A DNA stretch of 63,374 nt, filler included, from Rhabdomonas costata (GCA_019059605.1; 52 parts of 52 records of this genome joined end to end with filler, not necessarily neighbours in it), one strand, 5' to 3'. Positions 1 through 13,600 are shown, counted from the whole stretch's first letter. Translations and numbers: made by a program. The notes: generated by a model from the letters alone, not told the origin.

Positions 1-367
1 GTTGTTTGTTCCGTGTATATTGCCTCCACGCACTGCACGCACTGGGCACGCTATGGTACAGCTCGCCTGGCCAGTTCAGCACCAGAGGGTCGGGGCAGTG
101 CGTGTTGAACCAATGGCCTGCTATCGCGTCCTTGTACTTGAAGTACTTTTGACAGATCGTTGCGTGCCAAAGAATTTAGAGATGCGGGGTGAGGGGTGAG
201 CACCCTCACCTCCATCTCCTTCCCCAACTTTGCAGCCCGTGGTCGAATTTTGTGTCGCCTGTCCTCCCTTGATTCGGCTTAAGCTCCGCGGAGGACAACC
301 ATTTCTATTGTTTTTTCCGTGTATATTGCCTCCACGCACTGCACGCACTGGGCACGCTATGGTACAG

Positions 368-1051
368 CTCGCCTGGCCAGTTCAGCACCAGAGGGTCGGG
401 GCAGTGCGTGTCCTGCACCATCGGCAACCCCAACGTGGCCACGTATGCCAACTTCTACGGTGCAACGAGCTGCCTTACGTGCCCTGCAGGTGCGACTCGG
501 CCCCACCTCTGAGTCTCTCGTTTTCCGGTTGCTTGAAGCTCATTCGTATCATTTTGGTCTAAATAGAAGCTCGCTTTGGAACTTTTTCCCCTTTTTCTTC
601 GACAAACTTTGTCACTCCGGTGACTTGCTTCGCATTCCTCCTTTCCTCTCTCCTGTCGATTACTGTCGAGTACTTTTATGGGGGACTGGTTGTCTGGTGG
701 TCACTTTGTGGGTGGGTGGGTAGAGCTTCTTCAATTTTTTTTCAGTGCTGTGTTCTTATCCCTCTTGTTTTGTTTCTCCTCCAGGGTATCGGTGCCCGGA
801 CCCCCAGTACTCGCCCACGGCGTGCGACCAGGGGAGCATCAGCAGCGCCGGGTCCTGGAACTGCACGGTGTGCCCCACGGGGATGACCTGCCCCGGCGCC
901 AGCTCCACGCCGCAGTCCTGCGGAAATGGCCTGTACGCGATCGGGCAGACCTGCGCGCAGTGCCCTGCGGGCTACGCCTGCACCAACACCAGTGTCACGC
1001 AGTGCACGATGGGCACCTACAGCGCGCTGGGCGATGCCCACTGCAGCCTCT
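368..1051 (+). CDS. Cysteine-rich repeat (GCC2/GCC3, ephrin-receptor-like) surface protein, partial; exons 368-489 and 785-1051
   Basis: Spliced reading SPGQFSTRGSGQCVSC...ATSCLTCPA|GYRCPDP...CTVCPTGMTC...CAQCPAGYAC...CTMGTYS. AG/GT boundaries are phase-compatible. Confidence 0.8.
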
Positions 1052-1121
1052 GTATCCCTTCCCCTCACCATCCCAACTCTCCCCCACCACCACAATGTTC
1101 GCAACGGAATTTTCACTCGCT

Positions 1122-1221
1122 NNNNNNNNNNNNNNNNNNNNNNNNNNNNNNNNNNNNNNNNNNNNTTAATTAATTAANNNNNNNNNNNNNNNNNNNNNNN
1201 NNNNNNNNNNNNNNNNNNNNN
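1122..1221. other. Artificial contig spacer N44-TTAATTAATTAA-N44 (first of 51, roughly every 1221 nt)
   Basis: Identical 100-nt block with a six-frame stop linker between unrelated ~1.12 kb sequences. ORFs ending in XXX-LIN are artefacts of it. Confidence 0.99.
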
Positions 1222-2497
1222 GGCAAATGTACTGCTCTTCCGCAGTGCTGTTTGAATTCGTGTTATACCTTTCAGCAATCCTCAACAAGGCGTAAAGCTT
1301 CCGGCCCTTGTGACCCACGAGATAAACCTGAAACGGACGAATATCGAAGGATTTTGCAACAAGCAAAAAAGGCTTTCGTGAAGTGTGGAACTGAGTTTTT
1401 AATGCCATGTGTGAAGCAATAGCAGCGAAGCAGGTATCTGGAGTTTCGCGAAATGCAAGGAAAACCATCTGTGCCCTAAGTTAGCTCAACAAAAACGGAA
1501 AATGGTTGCTCCGTTACCTGAAATCCAGCCTGGTCGGCTAAGGACAACGCGTGGTACATCATTCGAGGACTGCGGGCCATCTCCCCGATCACCACCACAG
1601 CTGCATTTTTCAGCCGTGGAGCAGGCTCCATGATAGCGAAACACGGCTACCAATTTGGTTTTTGCGAAGTTCTTGATGCAAAATATAAACAAAATAGGCC
1701 CATGCAGTGGTTTTAATGGTGCTGAAGACGGAAGAGCCAGCGACCCCACTCAAAGAGAGGGCACTCTGGAGCGATTAGTAGAGCGAAGAGTTACAAATAG
1801 TCTTTTTGCTGAACCTATCTTTGGGTCAGGAGGCTTGGATGCTGCTCAATCCCGAATCCCTGCTCCTCGCCCCATTGCGTTGGCAGTTTGCGTCAGTTGC
1901 CACTGCAAGAGTTTGCACCGTTGCTAGTTTGTGTCAGTTTGCACCGTTGCAAGTTTGTGTCAGTTGCCCTCATATTGAGCACTGAGCCGGAGCCAACTAA
2001 CTGTCACTATCTCACAACAACCCCATGGGGTCGGACCCTATGTACCCAGACAGTTCAGCTCATCAGGCTATCTCTCTTCGTATATCGCCCGCGAGTATCT
2101 CCATCACAGTTCCTTTCTTCCTCCAGTTCTTGGGCCACCGTTTGACTTTCCCCTTGTGCTCTTTCTTTCTCTCTTCTTTTACCCTCCCCTTTCTTCGTTT
2201 GCGCCCTTCCCACTTCCTTCCCTGTTTTAGCCAATCTACGCAATAATTCCTGAGAACAAACTTTAGTGATTTTTGGGGCACAGAGTGACTTAGTAAGAAA
2301 GTAAAACAGTCATCACCAACCACCCAAACACACCCACCTCANNNNNNNNNNNNNNNNNNNNNNNNNNNNNNNNNNNNNNNNNNNNTTAATTAATTAANNN
2401 NNNNNNNNNNNNNNNNNNNNNNNNNNNNNNNNNNNNNNNNNGTTTGGAAAGAGAGGACTTTAAACTAAATTCCTACCGAAATCATGTGTTGTGGGGG

Positions 2498-2733
2498 TGT
2501 TACGGACCCCGCTCCGCACGGGAATCCGCGGGGGCTGCTCCGCACGGCCCCCTGCCCACTCCGCATGGGCTTCACACCGGCGGCGGACGGGAACCAGGAG
2601 CCAATACGGGCTACTCGTCTTGGCGTGGCCGCCACGGCCGGGTCCGGGAATCGAACCCGCGACCTTGCAGCAAGACCACTCAGACATAAGACCGTCCATG
2701 TCTGATTCCTGGTTGCCCGCGGTGTCCGTGACA
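2498..2733 (-). mobile_element. Solo-LTR-like element (TG...CA, 10-bp terminal inverted repeat) with an internal tRNA-derived segment
   Basis: Termini TGTTACGGAC...GTCCGTGACA (9/10 inverted match). Flanks GGGGG/GGGTG resemble a 5-bp target-site duplication with one mismatch. Confidence 0.55.
2636..2693 (-). promoter_or_regulatory. tRNA-derived Pol III internal promoter (A box + B box), anticodon arm missing
   Basis: Minus strand reads GGTCTTA-TGTCTGAGTGGT-CTTGCTGC-AAGGTCGCG-GGTTCGATTCC-CGGACCCGGCC. The B box is canonical and the A box resembles Ser/Leu tRNAs. It is only ~58 nt long. Confidence 0.65.
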
Positions 2734-5700
2734 GGGTGCATGTGTTTCCTGGCAAGGAGTGATACTTGGCCGTGGGAGAAGAATTGGTTTCTGACATTTG
2801 GAGGACCGTTACAGTAATGTGATTATGGTATTTGCTTATGGAAGTTTGTGATCACAAGGATGTGGGATTTTAGCGGCAGGCCAACGTTATCGACGGGTAC
2901 GGCTTTTTGAAAACTTTTGGGTAGAAAGACCTTGTATCAAAATATGTGTTCCAAATTTGAAAAAGTAGTTTTTCATTTTTATCATCAGTTGGTCTTACGG
3001 TACGCGCATGAATGTAAAAATGTTTATTTTTCAATGCGACCAGGCAAAATTTATGGAGAGGAAACAGCGGATACAAATAAAGAGTCCCATGCTTATTAAT
3101 ACATGTTTCGGTAGGCAAAACACCATCGAAACTTGTGTATACCACAAATATACAATCTATAGAAATTCTGCACAGTAGACCTTTAGGAGTGGCGAGGAGC
3201 GAAATTGTACTACATCTGGAGTGGAGCGTCTGTGTAGTGGTATGTGCCATGACTGTGGATCTGAAGGATGGTATGTTGTTGTGGGCGCGATATTCCATTC
3301 CCATTTTCCCAATTTGGCATCATGTTAGCGGTACTATTTTTACTTTCTCACACGCTTAATACAGACACGCTATTTCATCTCTCAGGTCAGGATCAGAAGC
3401 TGGCAAAACAAACAGGAGCACAAAGAGATTTTGCAAACAGCGCTTGCCTCAAAAAGGCAAAAAAAAATAGCTCTGGAGCTGGATAGTTGGGATTTAGCTG
3501 CAAAACCCCCAATACAGTAGAATTTCTGGACGAATTTCTGGATTTCTCCCGCACTCTGGGCTNNNNNNNNNNNNNNNNNNNNNNNNNNNNNNNNNNNNNN
3601 NNNNNNTTAATTAATTAANNNNNNNNNNNNNNNNNNNNNNNNNNNNNNNNNNNNNNNNNNNNGGTGGGTTTGTGCGTGTGTGAAACCGCGGCCGTTTTTG
3701 GGAGCAAGGTTCTCGAGCAAGTATATGAAGCAATACTTATTATTATTATATTGGCATCATTTACTCAATTTCCGCGATAATAATTAGGGTTGAACAAATG
3801 GTAACCATCTTCCCATTATCACCCGCTCCTGGAGCATTGCGCCCAATTCGAGTCTGCCTACTGGTGCTGTGCGTTTTTCCTCTGCATCCAATATAAAAGG
3901 AACCAAACCACACGCTTGTCCTCTGGGGGCGGTGTCCCAGACACTCACTCGCCCCTGCGCTGTGATTGCTAAGGAAAAAAGGAGAAAAATATAACAGACC
4001 GGAAAGACGGGAACAGCTGCCATTCTCGCCAAATTCCCCGATCTCCAAAACCTTCAGTCTCACACGCCACAAAAAGGCTAAATAGTGGAGCAACTGAGCG
4101 GTGGGTGTGAAACGAGAACCACAGGGGATGAGGTTAGGTGGGGATCACAGTGTAGTGGGAGACGACTCACTCTCACTCTCAATTGCCCGCTCGTTTATTC
4201 ACAATTCACAACTAAACGGGCTCACTCTCTCGCTTTATCTTCTGCGAATTCGCACGAACGGCTCGGCTACAGAACCGCAGGGAAAAGGGGTACCTCGTTC
4301 ATTCCTTGAAAGAACCAACTCGGGAAGGGGGGCGGGCGGGTGTGCTCTGTGCGGAAGCCCAAGAGATTGCATTGGGCGTGGTAGGTACTGAGAAGAAGTG
4401 GGTGATCCCCCACAGGAATGGGTCAACTTCCTATGGCGAATATGTTTGATATCTCAGAACAAAGACCAGTGACCTCAAACGCTGGGAAAGCAGTAGGCTA
4501 ACGACAAAACCAAAAAAGGTAACCCAAAAAATGGCTCGCTCCATTCCTCCTTCCCTCAATGGTAACCTTAAAGAAGGAAAGGCCTTCGACCAAAAAGGCC
4601 TAACGACTTCGAAACCAAGCGGAAACACAGACAATAAAGAAGATGGTTGTGCTCACATACCTCCTCTCAGTGAAATATGCAAAGTTGGAAGAGCCTTCCA
4701 CCCGAGAAGGCCTCACAACTTCGAAACGAAACAGGAACGTAAACCCAAAGGTCAGGGACACAAGGTGGTACAGACCCCCCCACNNNNNNNNNNNNNNNNN
4801 NNNNNNNNNNNNNNNNNNNNNNNNNNNTTAATTAATTAANNNNNNNNNNNNNNNNNNNNNNNNNNNNNNNNNNNNNNNNNNNNTGTGTGGGGGAGTACAA
4901 CCTAAGGTGCAGCCCGCCTGCACCCTAATTGCAGTTGTTCAGTTGTGGGCGTTTTTTATCCTGCACAGCACTTCTTTCGGTGCAGATGTCGTTATTGTTT
5001 GCCTTGCTTTTACTGTGCATAAGAATAGTCGTCGAATCTAAACATTGTTTGCTTGTTGGTTTTTAAAAATTGTTTGTTTTTTGTGTTGCACTCTTCCCGA
5101 ACTCTTGTGCCTGTGCCGCAGTGCCGACCTTCCTGAAAAAATCTAAACATATGTGCTGCTCTAAACACTGCCCAGGTATCCCCATCTACTCGCATCCGAA
5201 TTTTCAGTATCCGAATGTATTCGGGACAATTAAATGCAAGTTTATGGGGCCTGCCAATCGTAACTGCTGACTGCGCTTACGTATTTGTAGTTGTCCGGCT
5301 GGGTGCTTATCTGAGCCCGTTTGCTCTTGGCCTTGTGGTCTCCTTGGTCGTTGCGCGTTCTGCCTGCCTTCGCAGGGTGTTGCTGCACCGCCTTGCGGAG
5401 CGGAAGCGGTCGCTCTGCTGCCGTCGCCGTGAGCAGAGTCAAGTCGAGGCCAGGTCGGCATCTTGCTGTCCTCCCCTGAATCCAACACAATGAATCTGCA
5501 ATGCGGCTCTCGCGGGGTTTCTTTTGGGGGAGCGGGTCGTATCTGGTATCTGCAGAATAATGAGGCATCGTAAGCTGAGGTAGGGATGAGGTGATGAGAT
5601 AAAAGGGTACGCCATGGAGTTCTTTTTTCCGCGGCTCTGTTCACTTTGCCAGATCGAAAATAGAGTGGCCATATCACACGTCAACAGTCGCGCGCACGCT

Positions 5701-8700
5701 AAGCTTGATATTGTTTTTGCAGACGTCGATTAGTCTCAGGGCACACGGAGCACTTTCCTCTACCTTCTTCCGGCAAGTCTCGCTCGTTTATTGATTCAAT
5801 TTAGAATATGTCTACACCCCTAAGAGACCTGCCTGCCTCTATCCCGTGCAGATGTGATTTTGTGCCTATATGTGCTTCCTTTGTCGTTCCCTTACCCCTC
5901 CCGTCGCTTCCCTGTGTTTACAGGATGTACAGTGTTGTGGAGGGCCTGCGCCGACTGAAGGCGGAGGAGGAGCGCCTGCTGCAGGCCGTGCAGCACCCAC
6001 CCCCNNNNNNNNNNNNNNNNNNNNNNNNNNNNNNNNNNNNNNNNNNNNTTAATTAATTAANNNNNNNNNNNNNNNNNNNNNNNNNNNNNNNNNNNNNNNN
6101 NNNNTGGGGTTGGTCAATCGCTTCGTAAAACTGATGACTTCTGCGTTTGCCAGTTCGTCGGTGGTCATATGATTGGGGCGTGTTGCCTTCGCCGGAGTGT
6201 ACGTGTTGCTCTGAGTGTGCCCGCACCCTCCCTACATGAGTGCGTGGGTGATGTACGTGCGGGGCTTTGGGTTGTCGCAGCACCGTCCCCTTTTGCTCCT
6301 CGGATCAGGAGCGCGAGTTCCAGCCGTCCTCCTCCCCGTCGCGTGTGTTTGGGTGCGTTGCATGCCTGCCGGTGATGGCTAGGAGTCTTCACCAGCGACG
6401 CTCTGGGTTGAGGTGCGGGGGGTTTTGTGGCCGCCCGAGTGGTGCACAGGGGTGAGTTGTGCGTGTGCCGCCGTAGGATGGGCGGGTTCTTTGCACTTCT
6501 GGGTTGGGAGCGGAGTGGGCGTGCCAAATGCATGCACCACATCCCGACAAGGGTTTCTCGCCCAGTGTTGGGTGCCGGGTGGGGGAGGACACATATTTTC
6601 TTTCGCAGCAGGGGAAGAGAGCCTGCACCCCATACCTGACAACAGAGCTACAGGACCCTCCGTGCGAGCACCCAGGCTGCGAGCGATTAGGTTAGGTGCA
6701 CCTTTTTTCTTTCCATCATCGCTCTCCTTCACACACACACACACACGCCTGTGTGTATTTCTTTCTGTCTTTACGTCGCACAAACATACACAAACGCGAA
6801 CGCAACTGTCCCCAAGTCAAAGAAGAGAACCACCATGCACTGTCCCTTTTTCTCAGAGGAAGTCACCGAAGGATACCGTTCTGAAGGAACGAAGAATCGC
6901 TCATAGGTCTTTCCCGCAGCAGTATGGTAAACGATGTTCAAGGGGCTCAGGAGCGGTCGGTACCGGAGGAAGCACAAGCTCTCCCTGCACAAAAGCAAGC
7001 GTTTGCATAAACACTATTTTGAGTCCTTCTAGCAGCCCCACAAAAAACCAGGGAAAATCTTTATGAACGAGTGTTCAGCGCCGGAGAGGATGCATGCCAC
7101 GTTAGAAATGAACGCAAAACAGAAGATACTAACAGCAAGACTTTGAATGACGTATGCTTGAACGACACATCTCAACACTCACACTGAGGCTTAAGCCGAA
7201 GCACAGGAAACAGCCACCAAAAACCNNNNNNNNNNNNNNNNNNNNNNNNNNNNNNNNNNNNNNNNNNNNTTAATTAATTAANNNNNNNNNNNNNNNNNNN
7301 NNNNNNNNNNNNNNNNNNNNNNNNNTGTTGGTGGTGGTTGGGGTCTCCCCATCAGCGTGCGCTTTAGCGCCTCTAGCCAGGCCGTCTAGCGTCGAATAAA
7401 TCCATCTCATCTATCATCGAAGACTGCTTGCTTTCCGCTGAGCGAATTCGTTTCTTTGTTTTTCTTCCCAGCGACCCCATTCCTGCGGAGTCGCAGTTAC
7501 TTTTGCCCCCACGTAACACGGGTGCAGGAAGAAATTGGAGCAGTAATGATGATCAGTGAAAGTTGGGCTAAGGTGAAAACAGCGCAGCGAGGGGTTCACG
7601 CAAAGGAGCAAGGTGCAGGGATGCTTTTTATTGGGCTTGGAATAAGCCGCCGGGAGCCCTCTCTGCCTGTCCCTACTGGCTGCTTGCGGTGCATTAGAGC
7701 TGCCGTACAACTTCTGATGGTTGGCGGCTACAACGGGTGCACGTCGAGGTTTGGGGCACGGATCCGCCATGCCGTGCGCGCGGGCCAAGGCCGCGACGCC
7801 GCCGCGGGGTGGCTGGCAGATGGCTTCCCTCGGGGCTTCGCGGCCTTCACCAGTCCTGACGAGCCTGTCGTGCTGTCCCTCGCGTCCGTCTGCCCTGCGG
7901 TGTGCTTCGATGCTGTAACTCGGTTGTGCGGCGCTTCTGTGCATGTAATCCAGCAGCTTCGCGTCATTCCTGGAAATTTAGCGGCTCAGGTTATGGAGCA
8001 AGTTGATCCGCCCCCTACAGTCATCGCCTGCTCGGTTGTAATTGCTGTGTAAGCAGGTTCATTGCTCACTTGCCCCACCTTCGTGTGCCTACGTGTGCAA
8101 CTCCGAACATCCTGTCTCTTCCGATTCCCTCACTCGCCCGTTTCTCCTTTTCTATGCCTTTACGCCGCTTTTTTTTTTGCGAGGTGGATATTAGTTGATA
8201 AATCTTGACCTTTGCTGTTGTTGGATTTTCTCTTTTTCCAGGTGTCTCCAAATTTAGCGAGCCAACAAGCAGACCATTCTTGACGAGGATTTTTGGCCCC
8301 TACTTCCTCCTTTTCCTCCTATTTTTCAACTCGTCCGGGCATAGCCACAGGAAGACCTTACCCTTACGCTTAGAGACGGAGGGCATGTCTGAGGTACGAA
8401 GGCATGACCGAGCAGTGAAGGAGCGCATCTATGCCACCCCCCCAACNNNNNNNNNNNNNNNNNNNNNNNNNNNNNNNNNNNNNNNNNNNNTTAATTAATT
8501 AANNNNNNNNNNNNNNNNNNNNNNNNNNNNNNNNNNNNNNNNNNNNGAATAGCAGCATTCTCTTTCGGTTTTCGGTAGCAACCGCAAGGGCAGGTATTTG
8601 GAAGAATGTGCAAGTTGACGACATCGCTGTCTGCATTGAAATACAGGGGACAGATGGCGAGCATCTGCACTGGCTGATCTGAAAGGGACAGCCATAACAT

Positions 8701-10455
8701 GCGTACGTCTGCACCTGTCTGGACGTTTGGTGTCTCTTCCACTATCTTGGAATCAGGACGGTGGCTCCGGGCTTAGCTTAACAGCAGAAGTTTTGCGAAA
8801 CTTCTATCTCCAAGTTCCTCAAGAAAATGATTGCAGAGATTGAAACCTGTGTATGGTGGGGTGATGAGCTGAATCCGAGCCCAAAGTGCCTGTACATCAC
8901 CTTTTTGTGTTTTTTGGGGGTATTCATCAGCTGGGTTGTGTGGTCCAGTGACTGTTTTTATAAAAGAAGCATAGTGCGGATTTCTTCACCTCACTTTTGG
9001 CGAATGCCCTCTTCTTCTCTGCCATGGAGCTTATCTTCTGAAGGGCTTTTCCGCAGTCTGCCTTTGCATCAGCCTTAGCCTTTCTTTCGAACTTTCCAGA
9101 CCCTTTTTGTGTCACTGCCGTGGGGCTTCTGTTCTGGTGTTTTGTCCTGCATTATTTCACTTCGCAACATCGGAGATGCCCCGCTCCTGCTCCGAGCCCC
9201 GGTCTGCAGTGACATCCCACGAAGCATCCCTCTTCACCATCCCACTGCGAGCCCTCTGCACAGCCTTCCACGTTGTTTTCGGAGGATTGGCCGACCTCCT
9301 GCTGTTCGTCGTCGGCGCCGTCATTGGCATGGCCGTGCCGCTAACGCTCAGCGCATTGTTCATCCTTCCCCACAGCGGGCCTTCGCTTCCCATTCTCTCG
9401 GAGTCAGTCTCCCCTCTGGTTCCCAACCTTACCAGCCCAACATCCCCACACTTGTCCTCCGGCCTGAGGCCTCCACCTTGCAGCGCCCAAAATGGCGGCG
9501 GCGGAAACTCCTCGGCCTGGGCTTTGGTTCAGCTTAATTAGCAGCGTAATTAAGGTGGGCCAGAGAGCTCGCGCATAGCAAGAAGTCTTCATTATGCCCT
9601 CCCCTCTTTCCGGCCATTCTGATCAGTTGCTGCCATGGGGCTCGTATATTTCTCTTCTTCACACCCCNNNNNNNNNNNNNNNNNNNNNNNNNNNNNNNNN
9701 NNNNNNNNNNNTTAATTAATTAANNNNNNNNNNNNNNNNNNNNNNNNNNNNNNNNNNNNNNNNNNNNGTTTGTTGTGGTTCCAGCTACTCCGCCATTGGT
9801 CCATCACGCCTGTGCGGGTTTGTTGTGCTTCTCTGAGCAGCGCTGCTCTCTCCGCGATTTCACGTCTCTTCTTCCCGCGCTGAAGGCTCGTCAACGCTTG
9901 TGTGTGCGTGTGTGTGTGTGCCTGTGTGCGTGCGCCTTTTATCTTTGCACTAGTCAAGGACGGACAGAAACCTGCTTTGTCTCCGCGCAGGGTGTGCACC
10001 TGACTCTTTCTTCTGATGTCACCTTGTTTTGTCCTCGGCAAGACTAGGGAGTGTGTATGTGATCGTCAGAGTGTGGGAGTGCGGAGGCATTGGAACGCCG
10101 TACCCCCCCCCCCCCCGGCAGTTCTTCAAGTGCCTTGGGTATCCCGCTGCACACACAACGCACCTTGCATGATTTCGACCACACCCTACATGCCACCTTG
10201 CCCCGCACGTGTGTCTTCTTCGCCCCACACCCCCAAAACCAGTCTCACGTGTGGCATATGTGTAAACTGCGACAGTGGGACAGCGGACTGCTACAACAGC
10301 AAGACAACCCAAGCACAACGAATATATCCTAACACCTGTTTGTACCAGCCAGCATTCGATAGAAGACCGAACCTCTACAATGTTGGGGGCTAGGCCATCC
10401 TGTGAAGGGGCGGTGTGGGGCGGCAGCAGCTGTAGCATCGGGCAGAGACAGAGAC

Positions 10456-10657
10456 CTTCGTCGATGTCCGCCTGCTCCTGCGGTTGATCCAACTGGCTCA
10501 CGGCGAAGGCACAGACCTTGCCGTCGTGCCCAGAGGTCGCGAAGACGTCGCCGTCGAAGGGCGCGAAGCACAGCACGAAGACCTCATCGCTGTGTGCGGC
10601 GACACTGAGCACGGGTCGGCTGTCCTTCCGAAGCGCGCGAGTTTCGAACACCAGCAC
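10456..10657 (-). CDS. WD40 repeat exon, RBBP4/MSI1 (histone-binding)-like, partial
   Basis: AHSDEVFVLCFAPFDGDVFATSGHDGKVCAFAVSQLDQPQEQADIDEG parallels RBBP4 [47 protein letters not shown]. CAG acceptor and GT donor. Confidence 0.7.
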
Positions 10658-13600
10658 CTGAGAGCACAGGAGGAGACTGCCGCACTGGTGTGGGGTGGTG
10701 TCAAAAAAACGACTCACGTCACATTCCGAAGCAATTCCTGGACATGACACAAAGAATCATGAAAATGTTATTGCTGGGCACGTTGAGCGTCACAGTGTTC
10801 ACAAGGAAACATGTTAGGTCGATGCTATCCCACACGAATGGCTTAGAAATATCCAAGCACTGGTAATACGCTGATGACCCCCAAAACCNNNNNNNNNNNN
10901 NNNNNNNNNNNNNNNNNNNNNNNNNNNNNNNNTTAATTAATTAANNNNNNNNNNNNNNNNNNNNNNNNNNNNNNNNNNNNNNNNNNNNGGTTTGTGGTAG
11001 CATAGATAAAAAGGTAGGTATAGCAAAGGTAAACAGCATGGGAGGATGGGGGGGGGAATGATTGTTTTTGGGGAAGGTGACTCCGCTCTCAACCTCTCAC
11101 ACGCACACTCCTGAAGCGTCAACTCCATTAAATCATCATCAAGAGGCCTGCCTGCCCGGTAGGGAGTCGACCCCCGATGCACATTTTCCATTCCAAGCCT
11201 GGAATCCTACCACGGAAGGACAAGCATTGCCACCATATTGAAAAGAAAACTGCAAACCTGCACTATGACAACCAATTTTCTTCCAGATGACGCGCAAAAA
11301 AGGCACCTATACACTCAGACACACACATGGACCCGGAAAACGCAGAAACACACCACAGCCAAAACTTCCAATATTGACGGAAGAATAATTTGATCCTGAT
11401 GACCAGGGATGCGAAGAAAAACCGAACTCTCCGCTTCGCGTTACGGCTTAAACGGAATCTCCAGGCCATTGGGGTGAGTCTGTACCACCCGAGCCAAGGA
11501 GGACAGAGCCTGAGCCACGTCTCGGGACTCAGGGCTGGACTCCGGCTCCGCTACCACCGCCTCCAATGGAACCTCCTCAGAGGCGAACGGGACACCTGCC
11601 CGCAGCTGCCGCAGGTACGCATTGAACAACCGAGAGAGGGTCTCCAGAGGAGACGCCGGGCCACACACTGCGCTGAAGGAGCTTGAGCAGGCAAGCGCAT
11701 GGCTGGGGCTGAGCTCGCCGCGGCCCGCAGTGGTCTGCCTTCCAGCGAGGCTGTACATCCACTCCTAAGCACGGGGACGAGGAAGCCAGACTCCCCCCCC
11801 CTCAGAGATAAACTATCTCAGGGGGTCGGTGGGAGCGGTGGTTGGGTGCATCGACTTGTAGATTCGACGCCAGAAAATCAAACAGCGGTGTAGGCCCAGG
11901 TCAGATGTTTCCCATTGTCCACATCGATCTGATTCCAGATCCTGGTCGCTGTGTTGCCTGTGGGATATAACCCCTACGGTCCCCAACAACGGAGTGGGCG
12001 ATCAACCAACAGGCTGACACTGCACTGCCCCGGAATCCCCACCACACCAGCACTCGCTGTATGCAGTACACACTGCGTCAATGAAGGTCTCTGCCTCCAC
12101 CCCCCAACANNNNNNNNNNNNNNNNNNNNNNNNNNNNNNNNNNNNNNNNNNNNTTAATTAATTAANNNNNNNNNNNNNNNNNNNNNNNNNNNNNNNNNNN
12201 NNNNNNNNNGCCTGTAGATACTGGCGCCCCCCGTTTACCCATCCGAAGTAAAAGCACTAAGGGGCGTTCAAGCGGGTTCCGGCCACCCAAGGGTGGCGTT
12301 TGCAGTTGCCAAGACCGGAGCCGCAATGGGGCAACGCCATTTACGGTTATGAAAGGGGAAAGGAACCAGATGTGGAACGTTCGGTGGTGAGCCGGTAGCG
12401 GTTCCCCACGGCACCTCTCGCGAGCACCCTTCGCCAACAGCGCGCGCCCCAGTCCCGCCACAGCCGGCACCAACAACCAAGCAACCAGCCAACCAGGCAA
12501 CAGCCGGGGCGCAATGGGCCAACACCAAGACACCGGGCGCCTTGGAGCGGTGTGCTGTGGCATGTCCTTGCGCTGCTTGTTCTGCACACCTGTTGGATTT
12601 TGGCGCGTTAACAGTGCTTCTGTTTGTGCCCTGGGGCGTTGGAATAGTGGTAGCAGCAGACGGCGATGCAGGGGCATCCGCTCGGACGTACTGTCCATCA
12701 CCAACATTACGCCCGACCGCGCAGACGCCGTCTTACCTCCATTCTCAGGTGATGTCGTGTGACGTCACAAGAATTGCAAGTTTGGGATGAGAGACGGCGC
12801 ACCGCATCCGCGTAACTGCGTGGAGTGGGTCGCGCTGCGGGGGACGTGGGTTGGTGCCCACGTCTTCTGTGGCGAACGGGATGGGGGCCGCATTTTCGAG
12901 CCGTCATGAGCGGTTTCACTTGCTTGGAGTTAGTGGGAGGCTGGACCACAAAGACTTGAATAAAAAGGTTTCGTCCCCATGGATTTGTCGGGTTCCAATC
13001 CACCCTGAGAGTGAAAGCCAATACCTTGTGGAACCATATCCGAAAGCTCTATCACACAACAAAACCCGCTGCTGCGAGATTCATGTAAGGTTCGTCGCTG
13101 GTATTGGGTTCCCCCGGCTCGCCCGCCAGCAACTTCACATGAGCCCTTTCTCTCTCTCTGCTTCTCTGCTTCTATTCTTCATGGACCGTTGGACAACGAA
13201 CTATTGAGATGGATGCATTTGTCCAAATGGGAAGCCCATTCAACCGGATGTAGACGGCGTGCCACCTCTGGAAGAGGAAGCGTCTCCAAACTTCTCGGGC
13301 ATTTGCTTCGGATACCCTCGACCCAAAAAANNNNNNNNNNNNNNNNNNNNNNNNNNNNNNNNNNNNNNNNNNNNTTAATTAATTAANNNNNNNNNNNNNN
13401 NNNNNNNNNNNNNNNNNNNNNNNNNNNNNNTGTTTTTGGGACATGCCTTCCCCTAAGCCCAGCCCCAACCGGGGGGTGTGGTGAGACCGGATGATTGCAC
13501 TGGCTACCTTGTGGCCCTCCTGTGTCCACGTTCTCCAACTTCTCAGCTCATATGCTTTGGATGCCAGATTGTTTCACTGTTGTTTGAATTTCGAAGGGAA

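Noticed and set aside
9-411. Identical 97-bp direct repeat (9-105 / 315-411) as an exon duplication or template/variable repeat pair
   Set aside because: The copies are identical, the first is truncated mid-exon and sits at the contig start. There are no adenine-specific differences and no linked RT; probably an amplification or assembly artefact.
1222-1970. Transposase remnant with subterminal CAGTTTG repeats (1884-1968)
   Set aside because: The short repeats are real, but no catalytic motif or TIR could be recognised.
2636-2693. Functional tRNA gene
   Set aside because: Too short, no anticodon arm and a poor acceptor stem; kept only as a tRNA-derived promoter.
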